DNA of 64,000 nucleotides from Candidatus Hydrogenedentota bacterium (lineage in GTDB: Bacteria; Hydrogenedentota; Hydrogenedentia; Hydrogenedentales; SLHB01), in contig BTVY01000015.1 in assembly GCA_045863335.1 (NCBI GenBank), forward strand, positions 21,511 to 85,510. Direction: 5' to 3'. The notes below the pieces were generated by a model. The model saw only the letters and a list, made by a program, of their open reading frames with translations, was not told where the DNA came from and searched no databases. Both the position numbers and the translations under genes were made by a program. This document shows positions 50,512 to 61,122 of this stretch, piece after piece (position 1 is the stretch's first letter; each line of letters opens with the position of its first letter).

Positions 50512-52785
50512 TCATCTGCCACGGCAGTGATTCCCGCGATTCGTATCCTTGCCGTAGCTCTTATCTCGGCCATTCCAGTCGTTGCGATTGTTGCCCTTGC
50601 CGTGACCGTGATTGGAGTGGCCATTGCTATGATGGCCGTGGTGACCGTTGCCGTGACACCCGTGCGGACGCGGATCCGTGAGCTGTGCCAACAGCGCCAT
50701 TTCGTCCTGCAGCTCGGCCACGAGCGACGACTTCATGTCCGAGGCTTTGATCCAATCGGCAGGGTTTGACCGACCATCCAGCCGCTGGTACACCTCTACC
50801 AGCTTCCCGGTAGCGGATTTGTACCGGTCCGCATCGACATGGTTGGCCGCGCTGTAAAGTGATTCGGCCATGGATTGAATCCGGTAGGCGGCGCATCTCG
50901 CATTTTTGGTCTCAACCAGATCCAGCGGCAGCGACGCCATAGCCGCTGCGGTCTCACGAATCTTGGCCGCGACAACAGTAGCCAATGTTTCCGGGTTGAG
51001 CGGATCGGGGTCTTCCCCGTCCTGGATGCCGTCTCCATCGGTGTCGGGATCGCATACGCTCGTTCCTATCGCGAGGATCTCGTCGCCGTCAGAAAGGCCG
51101 TCGCCGTCGGAGTCCGGATTGAAGGGATCGAGGCATCCGTCCTGTTTGGCAAGGTCGCGTTCGACGCCATCGAGGAGCCCGTCGCCGTCAGAGTCGATAA
51201 GATCGTCCTTCGGATCAAGCGGATCCGTGCCGTCGACGAGGACTTCGGTGCCATCGTTCACACCACCGTTGTCCGAGTCCGGGTTAAGCGGGTCCGTGCC
51301 GTCTATGAGGACCTCATCGCCGTCGGAAAGGCCATCGCCGTCGGTATCGGCGTTGGCGGGATCGGTGCCGTACACGTCCGTCTCTTCGGTGTCGGTTAAC
51401 CCGTCACCGTCGGTATCGAGATCGACAACCACCGCTTCGACGCTCAAGATCCACACGGCGCCGCGGGAAGGTCCGCCGTCGTCGTCGAAGTAGGCGCCCA
51501 CGGCAACTTCAGGCATGTGGTCGCCATCGAGATCGCCCACGGCGGCGACGGCGTTACCAAAGCGATCGCCCGCGCGGAGCGTCCCGGCAAAGCCGCTTTC
51601 AAGGGCGCTGATCTTCTGATGGTCGTGCACGGTACCGTCGCCATTCAGGAACAGCGTGTACGCCGCTCCGAAGGTACTACCGCCATCGTCGTCGCCGTAC
51701 GCGCCCACGGTAATGTCCTGAATACCGTCGTTGTCGAGGTCGCCAATCCCGGCGACGGAGATGCCGAACCAATCGGAATTGTCCAGGGTCGCTGTGAACC
51801 CGCCCTGTGTATTGCTGATCTTCTGGTAGGACTTCACGGTCCCGTCCGCGTTGAGGAAGAGCATCCATACGGCACCGCGCTGAGCCCCGCCGTCGTCGTC
51901 GCCAATGGCGCCCACCGCCAGGTCGGGCACGCCGTCCATATTCAAATCGCCGACGCCAGTCACTGAGGTGCCGAAGGTGTCAAAGTTAACAAGGTCCGCG
52001 GCAAAGTTACCTTCCGTGTCGCTGATCTTTTGGGTCGATGAAACCGTGCCGTCGGCATTGAGGAATAGCACCCACACCGCGCCGCGATTGGTGCCGCCAT
52101 CGTCGTCGTTCAGGGCTCCTGCCGCGAGGTCAACGAATCCGTCGCCATTCAGATCGCCGAGGGCGGTCAGGGCATTACCAAAGTTATCCAGGAACCCTAA
52201 TCCACCCGAGAACCCGCCGGAAAGCGCGCTGATTTTCTGATGCGACTTCACGGTCCCATCGGCGTTGAGGAAGAGCAGCCACACTGCGCCAAGATCCGCG
52301 CCTCCGTCGTCATCGTTCATGGCGCCGGCGGCGAGATCCGGGATTCCATCCCCATCCAAATCACCGGTCGAACAGAGGGCGACGCCGAAGAGATCGTTGT
52401 CGTCGAGCGCTCCCGAGAAGTTGCCGGATAGCGCGCCGATCTTCTGTGACGCTCGAACCGTCGCGTCGGCGTTCATGAACAGAACCCACACCGCGCCGCG
52501 GTCCGTTCCGCCGTCGTCATCAAACGGCGCACCAACGGCCAGGTCCGAAATGCCATCGCCATCCACGTCGCCGAGCGCGCAAACGGCGTAACCGAACTGA
52601 TCGCTGTCGTCGAGCGCACCGGTGAAACCGCCGGTCACGCTGCTGATCTTCTGCCCGTAGAGCACTTCACCCGGCGCGGCGGCGGCGATAGTTGCGACGA
52701 TACACACGAGCAGTGCGAAGAGAGGTACGTTCGGCAAGTTGGAGGAAAAAGCGCGGCGGATCGGTTTGTGTGAATGTGCGACCAT
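50512..52785 (-). CDS. Surface protein: FG-GAP (integrin-alpha) beta-propeller, TSP3-like Ca-binding repeats, His/Gly/Asn-rich tail
   Basis: Seven FG...GDLDGDG..DLAVGA..DDDGG..RGAVW repeats; about six D[ST]DGDGL.DG.E...GTDP repeats; start uncertain. Confidence 0.88.
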   Translation of the reverse strand: MVAHSHKPIRRAFSSNLPNVPLFALLVCIVATIAAAAPGEVLYGQKISSVTGGFTGALDDSDQFGYAVCALGDVDGDGISDLAVGAPFDDDGGTDRGAVWVLFMNADATVRASQKIGALSGNFSGALDDNDLFGVALCSTGDLDGDGIPDLAAGAMNDDDGGADLGAVWLLFLNADGTVKSHQKISALSGGFSGGLGFLDNFGNALTALGDLNGDGFVDLAAGALNDDDGGTNRGAVWVLFLNADGTVSSTQKISDTEGNFAADLVNFDTFGTSVTGVGDLNMDGVPDLAVGAIGDDDGGAQRGAVWMLFLNADGTVKSYQKISNTQGGFTATLDNSDWFGISVAGIGDLDNDGIQDITVGAYGDDDGGSTFGAAYTLFLNGDGTVHDHQKISALESGFAGTLRAGDRFGNAVAAVGDLDGDHMPEVAVGAYFDDDGGPSRGAVWILSVEAVVVDLDTDGDGLTDTEETDVYGTDPANADTDGDGLSDGDEVLIDGTDPLNPDSDNGGVNDGTEVLVDGTDPLDPKDDLIDSDGDGLLDGVERDLAKQDGCLDPFNPDSDGDGLSDGDEILAIGTSVCDPDTDGDGIQDGEDPDPLNPETLATVVAAKIRETAAAMASLPLDLVETKNARCAAYRIQSMAESLYSAANHVDADRYKSATGKLVEVYQRLDGRSNPADWIKASDMKSSLVAELQDEMALLAQLTDPRPHGCHGNGHHGHHSNGHSNHGHGKGNNRNDWNGRDKSYGKDTNRGNHCRGR

Positions 52786-53068
52786 AGATTTGCCACTCCT
52801 CATCGTAGGGCAAAAGCACGGTCGCCAGCACCGTATGACATCGAGTCCCAAGCACTCCATCCGGCGCGCTCAAAGGAGCGCCGATTTCCCCATCCCGGAG
52901 GAGGTCGGCTGAATTGTACCATCTGTCGGAGAAAAGTGGCGGAGAAGTGGCTATCCCGAAATCGTGCAAGAATGCAATTGTGCGAAAACTGGCCATCATG
53001 TACTGTTGATGGCATTGAAGTTGTGCGGTTCGCTTGGATGCGCGAGATTTTGTGATGGAGGGGATATC

Positions 53069-54187
53069 GTGCCGAACATCACGGTGGAAACAACTGGGCT
53101 TGTCTTTCGAAATCCTGTGCCAAACGTTCGACCGCGGCAGGCTTATTTCCCGTCTGTGGTGGAACTGCCAAATCGGGAGATTCTGGCTGCCTTCGAACTC
53201 GGCAGCGCCATGGAAAACGTCGATGTGCGGTTGCACCTGGCGCGTTCTGGGGATGGCGGTGCGACGTGGTCAGAGCCGGTTGTCGTTTTTGAATATGAAC
53301 GGGACGAAAAGCCGGTTTCAACCCTCGGGCGCATGAGCCGTTTGAAAGACGGCACACTCGTGGCTGTCATCCTGCTGTGCGACCGGTCACGCCATGAAGA
53401 GGGTTTGGCCAATCCGGTCACCGAAGGCTATGTCGAAACGACCTTTGCGATCATCGAGTCGACGGATGGTGGCCGCACCTGGTCGGCGCCGCGCATCATT
53501 GACCCTCCCATCGACTGGTCGGTGTTTGAGATCTGTTCGCCAATCCTCGAAGTGAGCGACACGCGCTGGATGTTGCCGACCTCGCTCTGGAAGGACTGGG
53601 ACGGGAACTGCCCGCACGGGATGAAAGCCGTCACGCTGATCTCCGACGACCGCGGACGGACGTGGAATCGGTGCGTGGACGTGTTCAATCAGTGGGACCA
53701 ACACGTCACGAGTTGGGAACAGAAACAGACGCGGCTCAGCGATGGGCGGTGGCTGGCAATGTGTTGGGCGCACGATTATACGAACGCGAAGAGCCTGCCC
53801 AACCGCTATGCGTTTTCCTCGGATGACTGCTTTTCGTACAGCCTTCCCTCGGTTGCTCCATTGAATGGCGAAACGTGTACTCCGCTGGCGTTACCGGACA
53901 ACCGCGTCCTGTTCGTCTACCGGCGCTTCGACCAACGGGGCCTCTGGGCGCATCTCGCGGAATTCGAGGGCGAAACGTGGAAGCCGCTCGCCGACGCGCC
54001 GTTGTGGGGCGCCGATCGGGCGCTGTATGGGAAGGACTCCACGAACAAGCTGGAAGAAATGCGCACGCTCCGGTTTGGATTTCCTCAGTGCGTGCACCTC
54101 TCGGATAGGGCAATCTTCGTCGCGTTCTGGTGTGTGGAAGACTGCGTCGCCTGCATCCGATGGTTCCGTTTGCGGGTGGAGATGTAG
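53069..54187 (+). CDS. BNR/Asp-box sialidase-like beta-propeller protein
   Basis: GTG start after GGAGGGG; Asp boxes SGDGGATW, STDGGRTW, SDDRGRTW; YFPS. Confidence 0.8.
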   Translation: MPNITVETTGLVFRNPVPNVRPRQAYFPSVVELPNREILAAFELGSAMENVDVRLHLARSGDGGATWSEPVVVFEYERDEKPVSTLGRMSRLKDGTLVAVILLCDRSRHEEGLANPVTEGYVETTFAIIESTDGGRTWSAPRIIDPPIDWSVFEICSPILEVSDTRWMLPTSLWKDWDGNCPHGMKAVTLISDDRGRTWNRCVDVFNQWDQHVTSWEQKQTRLSDGRWLAMCWAHDYTNAKSLPNRYAFSSDDCFSYSLPSVAPLNGETCTPLALPDNRVLFVYRRFDQRGLWAHLAEFEGETWKPLADAPLWGADRALYGKDSTNKLEEMRTLRFGFPQCVHLSDRAIFVAFWCVEDCVACIRWFRLRVEM

Positions 54188-54260
54188 CGCAGGCGTCCTC
54201 GCCTGCATTCTGGATCGCGGGTGGTTACGAAAGATGCCGGCGAGGACGCCTGCGCTACAT
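54182..54260. repeat. REPIN-like element: ATGTAGCGCAGGCGTCCTCGCCTGCAT / ATGCCGGCGAGGACGCCTGCGCTACAT
   Basis: 27-bp inverted arms with one mismatch and a GTAG end, between convergent genes. Confidence 0.82.
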
Positions 54261-54264
54261 GGTT

Positions 54265-55761
54265 CTACATCTCCCGCGAGGAGATGTTGCCCCGGAGCGT
54301 CAAACTCGGATCGGCGGCGGGAGCCTTGAATACCAAACTGAGTAGGAGGCCCACCACGAAGCACAGACCGAAGCTGAAGGGGAAGTAGTAGACAAAGTGC
54401 ACGTCCGTCAATCGTTGGAGCGCGATGGTGGCCGGTACGGCAATAGCGACACCGCAGATCCACGCGGCGAAGGATCCGCGGCTCGTCAGAATCCCCAGTA
54501 GAAACAGGGCGAGCACGGGACCGGAGAATAGCCCGAGAAACACCTGAGCTGTCTTCAGGATCTCACCAATCGTTGTCGCAAAGAACGCGACGCCTGTGGC
54601 GAACACGCCGAATACCACCACCAGCACACGCGCAATCCATAGGTCTTTCTTATCGTCAGCATTCGACCCGCGGGCCGGGCGGATGAAATCGTTCACCACC
54701 ACGGTCGATAGCGAGTTGATCCCCGAGTCCATGCTGGACATGGCGGCAGCGAAGATCCCGGCGATGACGAGTCCGGAGACTCCAGCGGGCAAGGCATGCA
54801 CGATGTAATAGGGGAAAACCTGGTCGCCTACGATGCCGTCCGGCAGGCGGTCAGGCCACGCCTGATGGTAAGCGAAGAGCCCAAGTCCGATGAACGCCAG
54901 AACGCCAACGATGGCGACCGACATGAGCGCATTCACTACGGTTGCACGCGCCATAGCGCCGAGCGACCGCGTAGCCAGCAGGCGTTGGACCGTGATCTGA
55001 TCGACGCCGTAATCGTGCAGGAAGTTGAAGAAGTACGAAACGGCCACCACGGTCACGGTCATGTGTGTGAGGCTTGGCTTCCACTCGAGCAGGTTGAGGT
55101 GCCCTGTCTCTCCCGCGACGCGCAGGATCTCGGGCACGCCACCGGGCACTTCCCGCATCAGCGACGCGGCCACCAGCAACGCTCCGCAAACCAGGATGAC
55201 AAACTGTGCGGCATCCGTCCAAATGACAGCGGCGAGACCGCCCAACGCCGTGTAGGCCGTGGCGAGAAGCCCCATAAGCACAATGGCCAACCACAGTTCG
55301 ATTCCGGTTACGACGGACAACGCGAGCGCCGGGGCGTAAATGACGGTACCGAGCCAGCCCAGGCGAGCGCACACGAAGAGACCGGAAACACAATAGCGGG
55401 CGTTCGCGCCGAATCGTTGCAGGATGTATTCGTACGACGTGGTCACGTTGAGCCGCTGGTAGAAAGGCAAAAACAGCAGAATGATGAAGGGCGCGACGGC
55501 GGGCATCATAAGGATGCCGACCATGATGGATAGGTTCTCGCCGTACACGAGACCGGGGACGCCCATGTAGGTGACCGCGCTCGTGATGGTCGCGAAGACG
55601 CTCATGGCCACGATGAACCACGGCACGTTGCGTCCGGCGAGGAAGAAGTCCGTGGTCGTCTTCTGCTTGCCCGAAACGAGGAGGCCGATACCCACGACGA
55701 TTGCGAGGTACACTACGAGCACGGCGTAGTTCGCCGCGCCGAACGCCACAGATTCCGTCAT
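54265..55761 (-). CDS. Sodium:solute symporter (SSS; SiaT/SGLT-like)
   Basis: DFFLAGR, TSYEY...RF, GGLAAVIWTD..Q, DQ..VQR, AAAMSSMDSGINS. Confidence 0.92.
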   Translation of the reverse strand: MTESVAFGAANYAVLVVYLAIVVGIGLLVSGKQKTTTDFFLAGRNVPWFIVAMSVFATITSAVTYMGVPGLVYGENLSIMVGILMMPAVAPFIILLFLPFYQRLNVTTSYEYILQRFGANARYCVSGLFVCARLGWLGTVIYAPALALSVVTGIELWLAIVLMGLLATAYTALGGLAAVIWTDAAQFVILVCGALLVAASLMREVPGGVPEILRVAGETGHLNLLEWKPSLTHMTVTVVAVSYFFNFLHDYGVDQITVQRLLATRSLGAMARATVVNALMSVAIVGVLAFIGLGLFAYHQAWPDRLPDGIVGDQVFPYYIVHALPAGVSGLVIAGIFAAAMSSMDSGINSLSTVVVNDFIRPARGSNADDKKDLWIARVLVVVFGVFATGVAFFATTIGEILKTAQVFLGLFSGPVLALFLLGILTSRGSFAAWICGVAIAVPATIALQRLTDVHFVYYFPFSFGLCFVVGLLLSLVFKAPAADPSLTLRGNISSREM

Positions 55762-56150
55762 CGCGGGCACGCCCACCGTTCGGGCTGGACACTCGTTCCA
55801 GTAGCGTGTCGGGACCTCATACGCTCTCCAATCGCCCACAATCGTCTTTGGGGCCACTCCGGGCAACGACGACTACGGAAACAGATTTCAAAACCGATGG
55901 CTACGCCAAACCAGCAGACCCGAACCAAGCGCCGGATGTCAACCGTTAACCGCCCAATTTCCGGCAAATCAACAGAATATTGGCTGCTGCATGAGCCTTT
56001 GGGATGACCGATTCTACAAGTACGGCGATTTTTACGCGCTTTTGCCAGCATCGCCCAGGCGATGCGATTGGCCTGCGTATTGCTTGGGTACTGCCAACCT
56101 TGCGGGGGAATTGTCCCTCATCAAAAAATCGCACATAGGAGGAAACGGTC

Positions 56151-56861
56151 ATGACGGAAAAGATGGTGCTCGGTCGGGGAATCGTGGTTCTCGCGGTGCT
56201 GCTTGCGGGCGCACATATCGCCACAGCCAAACCTGGTAACGGAAAACCTTTCAAACAGCTCCAGGCGCAGATCAATGTATTAAACGAGACGATTCAAGAC
56301 CAGCAGACGGATCTCGATTCCTTGCAGCAGGCACTCTCCCAGGCGCAGACGGATATCGGAGCCCTTCAGTCCGACTTGGCCGACGCGGTAAGCCAGATTG
56401 GCGCTCTGAACACCCAAGTCCAGAGCCAGCAAACAGAGATTCAGAATCTGGCGACGGAGAATGACACCCAGGATCAGGCCATTGCCGATCTGGCCGCGAT
56501 GATTACCAAGGAAGTGCGCGCTTTCGTGTATTCGAATCGGGGACTCGGGGGAGACTTCATCGTCATCAATCCTGCTCCGCTCAACAATCCCGGCAGCAGC
56601 GTGGTGGAAGAAAGCGCCGGCGTATTTCTGGTGACCCTTGACGGGCCGGCTGGTTCGTTCCCGAACGCGGCCGACTCCGTTGCTGTCGCTACGCCGGAAG
56701 TGAACGCTGACATTGCGGGGTCGACTGGCCCAACCCTTTCGGCGACGGTCGCACAGGTAGCCGCGAGCGACACCAACATGCAGTACCGCGTCCGAATTCA
56801 CGATGCAGACGGTAATCCCGTCACGGCGGCATTTAACCTGGTCGTGTTGTCGCGCGACTAG
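56151..56861 (+). CDS. Secreted coiled-coil protein with C-terminal beta domain
   Basis: AGGAGG RBS; signal peptide; Q/L heptads over ~80 aa; followed by a terminator. Confidence 0.75.
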   Translation: MTEKMVLGRGIVVLAVLLAGAHIATAKPGNGKPFKQLQAQINVLNETIQDQQTDLDSLQQALSQAQTDIGALQSDLADAVSQIGALNTQVQSQQTEIQNLATENDTQDQAIADLAAMITKEVRAFVYSNRGLGGDFIVINPAPLNNPGSSVVEESAGVFLVTLDGPAGSFPNAADSVAVATPEVNADIAGSTGPTLSATVAQVAASDTNMQYRVRIHDADGNPVTAAFNLVVLSRD

Positions 56862-56900
56862 TCGATTTGATATGACGGCGTGATACCGACGCCGGTTTTC

Positions 56901-56946
56901 GCCGCGCCCGGATGTGGCAGTTTGCCAGCCGGGCGCGGCCTTTTTT
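56901..56946 (+). terminator. Intrinsic terminator
   Basis: GCCGCGCCCGG...CCGGGCGCGGC stem followed by TTTTTT. Confidence 0.8.
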
Positions 56947-57035
56947 CGCCTCCAGAACCCAAGCAACTCTATGATTCATAAGGAGTTTCACAGAAAGATC
57001 AATCCGATCGATAGCGGCTGCAGCGCGAAATTAGT

Positions 57036-57064
57036 TTGAAACTTGAGCAATCCGGCTCTACTAT
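57036..57064 (+). promoter_or_regulatory. Putative sigma70 promoter of the DegT-TIM barrel-SSS operon
   Basis: TTGAAA-17 bp-TACTAT. Confidence 0.45.
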
Positions 57065-57124
57065 AAGCACAAACGTGCGCGGCGTTCGGGGGGAATGCAG
57101 CCCGGCGCACAGAAAGGGGGCTAC

Positions 57125-58450
57125 ATGTCTTTACAACGCGATTCGCATTCCAACCATCCCTCCCGTCGTGCCTTTCTCATTGCCAGTGGCGCCGCCACGG
57201 CGAGCGTGTCGATCGGACTCGGCAGCCGGGCACACGCCGCTTCGGCGGAGAAGCTGGCTGTCGCCGGCGGTCCCAAGGCGGTTACCGCCGACGCGAGCGA
57301 TGCCACCAAGTGGCCGCAATACGGGGAAACGGAAGAGCAGGCGGTCCTCGAACTTCTGCGCGCGCCGAACTATGACCCCAACGCGAAACTCGAGAAGGAG
57401 TGGGCGGAATTCCTCGACGTGCCCTACTGCACTTCCCACTGCAACGGGACGAGCGCGCTAGCCTCCATGTTCTTCGCGCTGAATCTGCCGCCGGGCAGCG
57501 AGATTATGGTGCCGAGTTACACCTTCTTTGCAACGATCGTGCCCATGCGCCTCTTCGGCCTGGTGCCGAATTTCGTCGACATTAACCCGCGCACGTTGAA
57601 TTTCGATCTCGAGGATGCGAAGAAGCGGCTCACACCCAATACGAAGGCCGTGTTGCCGGTGCACTGGATCGGGTTGCCGGCGGATGTCGATCACATCGGC
57701 GACTGGGCGAATGAGAAGGGGCTGATTCTCCTCGAGGATGCTGCGCACGCCCATGGGGCCAAGCTCAAGGGCAAGCGGATGGGATCCTTTGGACGCATGA
57801 GCATCTTCAGCTATCAGGCCACGAAGCCGCTTCCGGCCATCGAGGGCGGGATGGGCGTGTACCAGAACGAAGAGGACTTCGGCCGCGCGACCGCCTTCGG
57901 CAACTACGACATGAAGGGCATGAGCGAAAACATGCCGTACTACCAATACAAAGGCTCGGGGCTCGGACTGAAGTTCCGCATGCATCCCATTGCGGCGGAA
58001 TTGGCGCGGTGCCAGTTGCGCGGTCTCGACGAACGCAACAACGCGGGCGCCGCGCAAGTGCGGCGTTTGAACGATCGGCTCACCCAGTTGCCGGGATTGT
58101 ACGAACAGTCCTGTCATCGCGATGACGTGCAACGCCTGTATTACGCCTGGAACATGCTCTTCATCGACGAGAAAGAAGTCGGCGTCTCGCGCGACAAGAT
58201 CGCTGACGCCCTCGCCGCCGAAGGCGTCCAGGTCACGGGACGCCATTACACCCTGCAACACGAACTCCCGTTGTACGCCGAAGAGCAGTGGTGGCACCAC
58301 AAACCGGTGATCCCGGAGCTGCCCGGATCGAAACAGGCGAACGATACCTGTCTCGGTTTGCCATACTTCACGAAAGAGGTGCCGGAACTTTGCGAGCAAT
58401 ACGCGCAGGCTTTCGAGAAAGTCTGGGCCCATCGCGACGAGTTGGCTTAG
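57125..58450 (+). CDS. DegT/DnrJ/EryC1/StrS PLP aminotransferase with Tat signal peptide
   Basis: SRRAFL...AHA signal; NGTSAL, PSYTFFAT, PVHWIG, EDAAHAHG, FSYQATK (catalytic Lys), EGG. Confidence 0.9.
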   Translation: MSLQRDSHSNHPSRRAFLIASGAATASVSIGLGSRAHAASAEKLAVAGGPKAVTADASDATKWPQYGETEEQAVLELLRAPNYDPNAKLEKEWAEFLDVPYCTSHCNGTSALASMFFALNLPPGSEIMVPSYTFFATIVPMRLFGLVPNFVDINPRTLNFDLEDAKKRLTPNTKAVLPVHWIGLPADVDHIGDWANEKGLILLEDAAHAHGAKLKGKRMGSFGRMSIFSYQATKPLPAIEGGMGVYQNEEDFGRATAFGNYDMKGMSENMPYYQYKGSGLGLKFRMHPIAAELARCQLRGLDERNNAGAAQVRRLNDRLTQLPGLYEQSCHRDDVQRLYYAWNMLFIDEKEVGVSRDKIADALAAEGVQVTGRHYTLQHELPLYAEEQWWHHKPVIPELPGSKQANDTCLGLPYFTKEVPELCEQYAQAFEKVWAHRDELA

Positions 58451-58513
58451 CCGGACGTTTCGTCCGCGGGGTATGGACCACGCGGACGCTACATAGCTTT
58501 GGGGGGTAATTCC

Positions 58514-59371
58514 ATGATGGGAAGTAACGCGGGGATCCTTTCTGCCTGTTGCGCGCTCTTGCTCTGCGCGGGATGTGCGACAACAACGGCAAGGACTGAG
58601 ACAGCCGAGCCATGGCCCTTGGCCGTGCGTATCATGAGCTACGGCGAGTACCAGGAAGCGGGCTGGGCGCATTTGCAACAGATCGGCGTGAAGTACGTAT
58701 TCATGTCCGTTCCCGCGCCGGAAGATGTGGAAGCTACACAGGCGAAACTGGCGAATCTCGGCCTCACACCGGTTGTCTTCCGCGGCAGCGCAGACTTGAG
58801 CAAAGACACCTTCGCTGCGGAACTCGAACCGCAGCTCGCGGTTTGCGAACAGATGGGTGTGAAGTATCTCTTCCTCTCCGCCAAACGCGGGGACTCGCCC
58901 AAGGAAGCGGCGTACGAACGGCTGCGCGCCGCGGGCGATGCGGCAAAAGCGCATGGCGTGGTTATCGGATTGGAGACGCATCCCGACCTCGGCACCAACG
59001 GCGCGGTGCAGGTAGAGACCATGCAGGCCGTGAACCATCCCAACATCCGCGTGAACTTCGACACGGCGAATATCACCTACTACAACAAAGAAACCAGCGC
59101 GGTCGCCGAATTGACGAAGAGCATCGGCTACGTGGCTACGGTGGAGTTCAAGGATCATTCCGGCGCCTTTGAAACCTGGGACTTTCCGGTGCTTGGAACG
59201 GGGATTGTCGAAATTCCCGCGATCATCGCCCTGCTGCGCGATCACGGTTACGCGGGCCCGGTCACGCTGGAGTTCGAAGGCACGGAAGGCGTGAAGCTGA
59301 CGCAGGAGCAAACTCTGCAGGCCATCGCGGATTGCGTCGCCTACGCCCGGTCCGTAGGCAACTTCAAATAG
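58514..59371 (+). CDS. Sugar phosphate isomerase/epimerase (xylose-isomerase-like TIM barrel), predicted lipoprotein
   Basis: Lipobox-like LCAGC; LETH, NFDTAN, EFKD, LG.G.V, TLEFE. Confidence 0.82.
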   Translation: MMGSNAGILSACCALLLCAGCATTTARTETAEPWPLAVRIMSYGEYQEAGWAHLQQIGVKYVFMSVPAPEDVEATQAKLANLGLTPVVFRGSADLSKDTFAAELEPQLAVCEQMGVKYLFLSAKRGDSPKEAAYERLRAAGDAAKAHGVVIGLETHPDLGTNGAVQVETMQAVNHPNIRVNFDTANITYYNKETSAVAELTKSIGYVATVEFKDHSGAFETWDFPVLGTGIVEIPAIIALLRDHGYAGPVTLEFEGTEGVKLTQEQTLQAIADCVAYARSVGNFK

Positions 59372-59386
59372 CGGAGGCGCGCAACC

Positions 59387-61108
59387 ATGCCCGGAACCCA
59401 GGGACATTTCGAGAATGCCGACATCTTCATGATCGCCGGGTATTTCGTGTTGATGCTCGGCATCGGCGCCTATTTCTACAACCGTATGAAGCGGATGAAG
59501 GACTACTTCAGCGGCGGCAACAGCATCCCGTGGTGGCTGAGCGGCGTTTCGTTTTACATGAGCAGTTTCAGCGTCGCGGCTTTCGTTTTCTATCCCGGGT
59601 TGTGTTATCGCCATGGATGGGTCGGCGTGACGCTGCTCTGGGTCGCCATACCGGCCACGATATTCAGCGTCATGCTCTTCGCCGTGCGCTGGCGCCGCGC
59701 GCGCATCGACAGCCCCGTCGAGTATCTGGAAACGCGCTACAGCCCGTTCTTGCGGCAGCTTTTCGCGTGGCACGGCATTCCGGTGCGTATGGTCGACGAT
59801 GGTATCAAGCTGACCGCGACCGCGACGTTCATTTCCATTTGCGCGGACGTCAGCCTAAACACGAGCATACTCGCGGCGGGGATCATCATTCTGATTTACA
59901 CGTTCATGGGCGGCCTGTGGGCGGTGACGGTGACGGACTTCATTCAATTTGTCGTGCTCACCGTGGGCGTCATCATCATCCTCCCCCTTTCCGTCATCAA
60001 GGCGGGCGGTATGGGCGCGGTAATCGGCAATGCTCCGGAAGGATTCTTTCGACTGACCTCCGAAGAGTTCGGGTGGAGTTACGTCATCCCGCTCATCCTT
60101 ATGTATGCCCTGGCTTGGAGCAGCATCAACTGGTCTCTCATCCAGCGGTATTACTGCGTGCCGAAGGAGCGCGATGCACAGAAGGTAGGCTGGCTGGTGG
60201 TGGCCTTGTACGTCATCGGACCGCCGATCATGTTCTTTCCGGCCATCGCCGCGCGGCAGTTCATTCCGGAACTGGAAGACGCGGGGCATATCTATCCGCT
60301 GCTGTGCACGCAACTCCTGCCCGCCGGCATGCTTGGCTTGGCTGTTGCGGCCATGTTTGCCGCGACCATGTCGACGCTCAGTTCGGACTACAACGTATGC
60401 GCGGGGGTGTTGACGAACGATGTGTATCGCCGGTTGTTCCGGCCCGACGCGACGCAACGAGAACTGGTGCTGGTGGGAAGGATGATGACGATTCTCATCG
60501 GCATCGTGGCGCTGCTCACCGCGATCGCGATGTCTCGCGGGGCCGCCGAGGATCTCTTCAAGAAGATGGTAACGCTGTTCGGCCTTGCCACGTCGCCGGT
60601 CGCCGTTCCGATGCTTCTCGGCCTCGTGTCGCGCCGATTCACCAACCAGAGCGCAATCCTGGGTTGTCTGTCCGGGCTTGCGGTTGGCCTGCTCCTGTTC
60701 TTCTTCGGACCCACGGAGGAACTCCTGTTTCTGGGCATCGCGTGGAAGATGGAAATCGTCCTCATCGTAGTCACGGCCGTGGTGACGCTTGCCGTTATGT
60801 TCGTGGCGAGCGCGATTGCCCCAGCAAGTGCCGAGGCGCAAGCGCGGACCGACGCGTTTCTGAAGCGCATCGAAATGCCCATTGGCTCGTTGCCGGACGA
60901 CGACGATTCCGAATCGAAGGGGAGCGCCTTTTCCCCGTTCCGCGTGGTAGGCATCTCGATTGCCCTCATTGGCGTCTTAATGCTGGCCATGATGCCGGTG
61001 ATCCAAGGTAGGACGGAAACCATGCTCGCCGGAGGAATCGGGGGGTTGCTGCTGGCCATCGGCGGGGTCGTCACCTGGGCCAGTCGAAGGCCGGTTCTGG
61101 AATCCTGA
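59387..61108 (+). CDS. Sodium:solute symporter (SSS) family protein
   Basis: DYFSGG..IPWW, SP.EYLE.RY, GGLWAVTVTDFIQF, IQRY, AATMSTLSS. Confidence 0.92.
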   Translation: MPGTQGHFENADIFMIAGYFVLMLGIGAYFYNRMKRMKDYFSGGNSIPWWLSGVSFYMSSFSVAAFVFYPGLCYRHGWVGVTLLWVAIPATIFSVMLFAVRWRRARIDSPVEYLETRYSPFLRQLFAWHGIPVRMVDDGIKLTATATFISICADVSLNTSILAAGIIILIYTFMGGLWAVTVTDFIQFVVLTVGVIIILPLSVIKAGGMGAVIGNAPEGFFRLTSEEFGWSYVIPLILMYALAWSSINWSLIQRYYCVPKERDAQKVGWLVVALYVIGPPIMFFPAIAARQFIPELEDAGHIYPLLCTQLLPAGMLGLAVAAMFAATMSTLSSDYNVCAGVLTNDVYRRLFRPDATQRELVLVGRMMTILIGIVALLTAIAMSRGAAEDLFKKMVTLFGLATSPVAVPMLLGLVSRRFTNQSAILGCLSGLAVGLLLFFFGPTEELLFLGIAWKMEIVLIVVTAVVTLAVMFVASAIAPASAEAQARTDAFLKRIEMPIGSLPDDDDSESKGSAFSPFRVVGISIALIGVLMLAMMPVIQGRTETMLAGGIGGLLLAIGGVVTWASRRPVLES

Positions 61109-61122
61109 CCAACCCGTGAAAA

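Noticed and set aside
50960-52660. DNA-level periodicity in the FG-GAP gene as a repeat array
   Set aside because: Fully explained by the protein's FG-GAP and DxDGDG repeats
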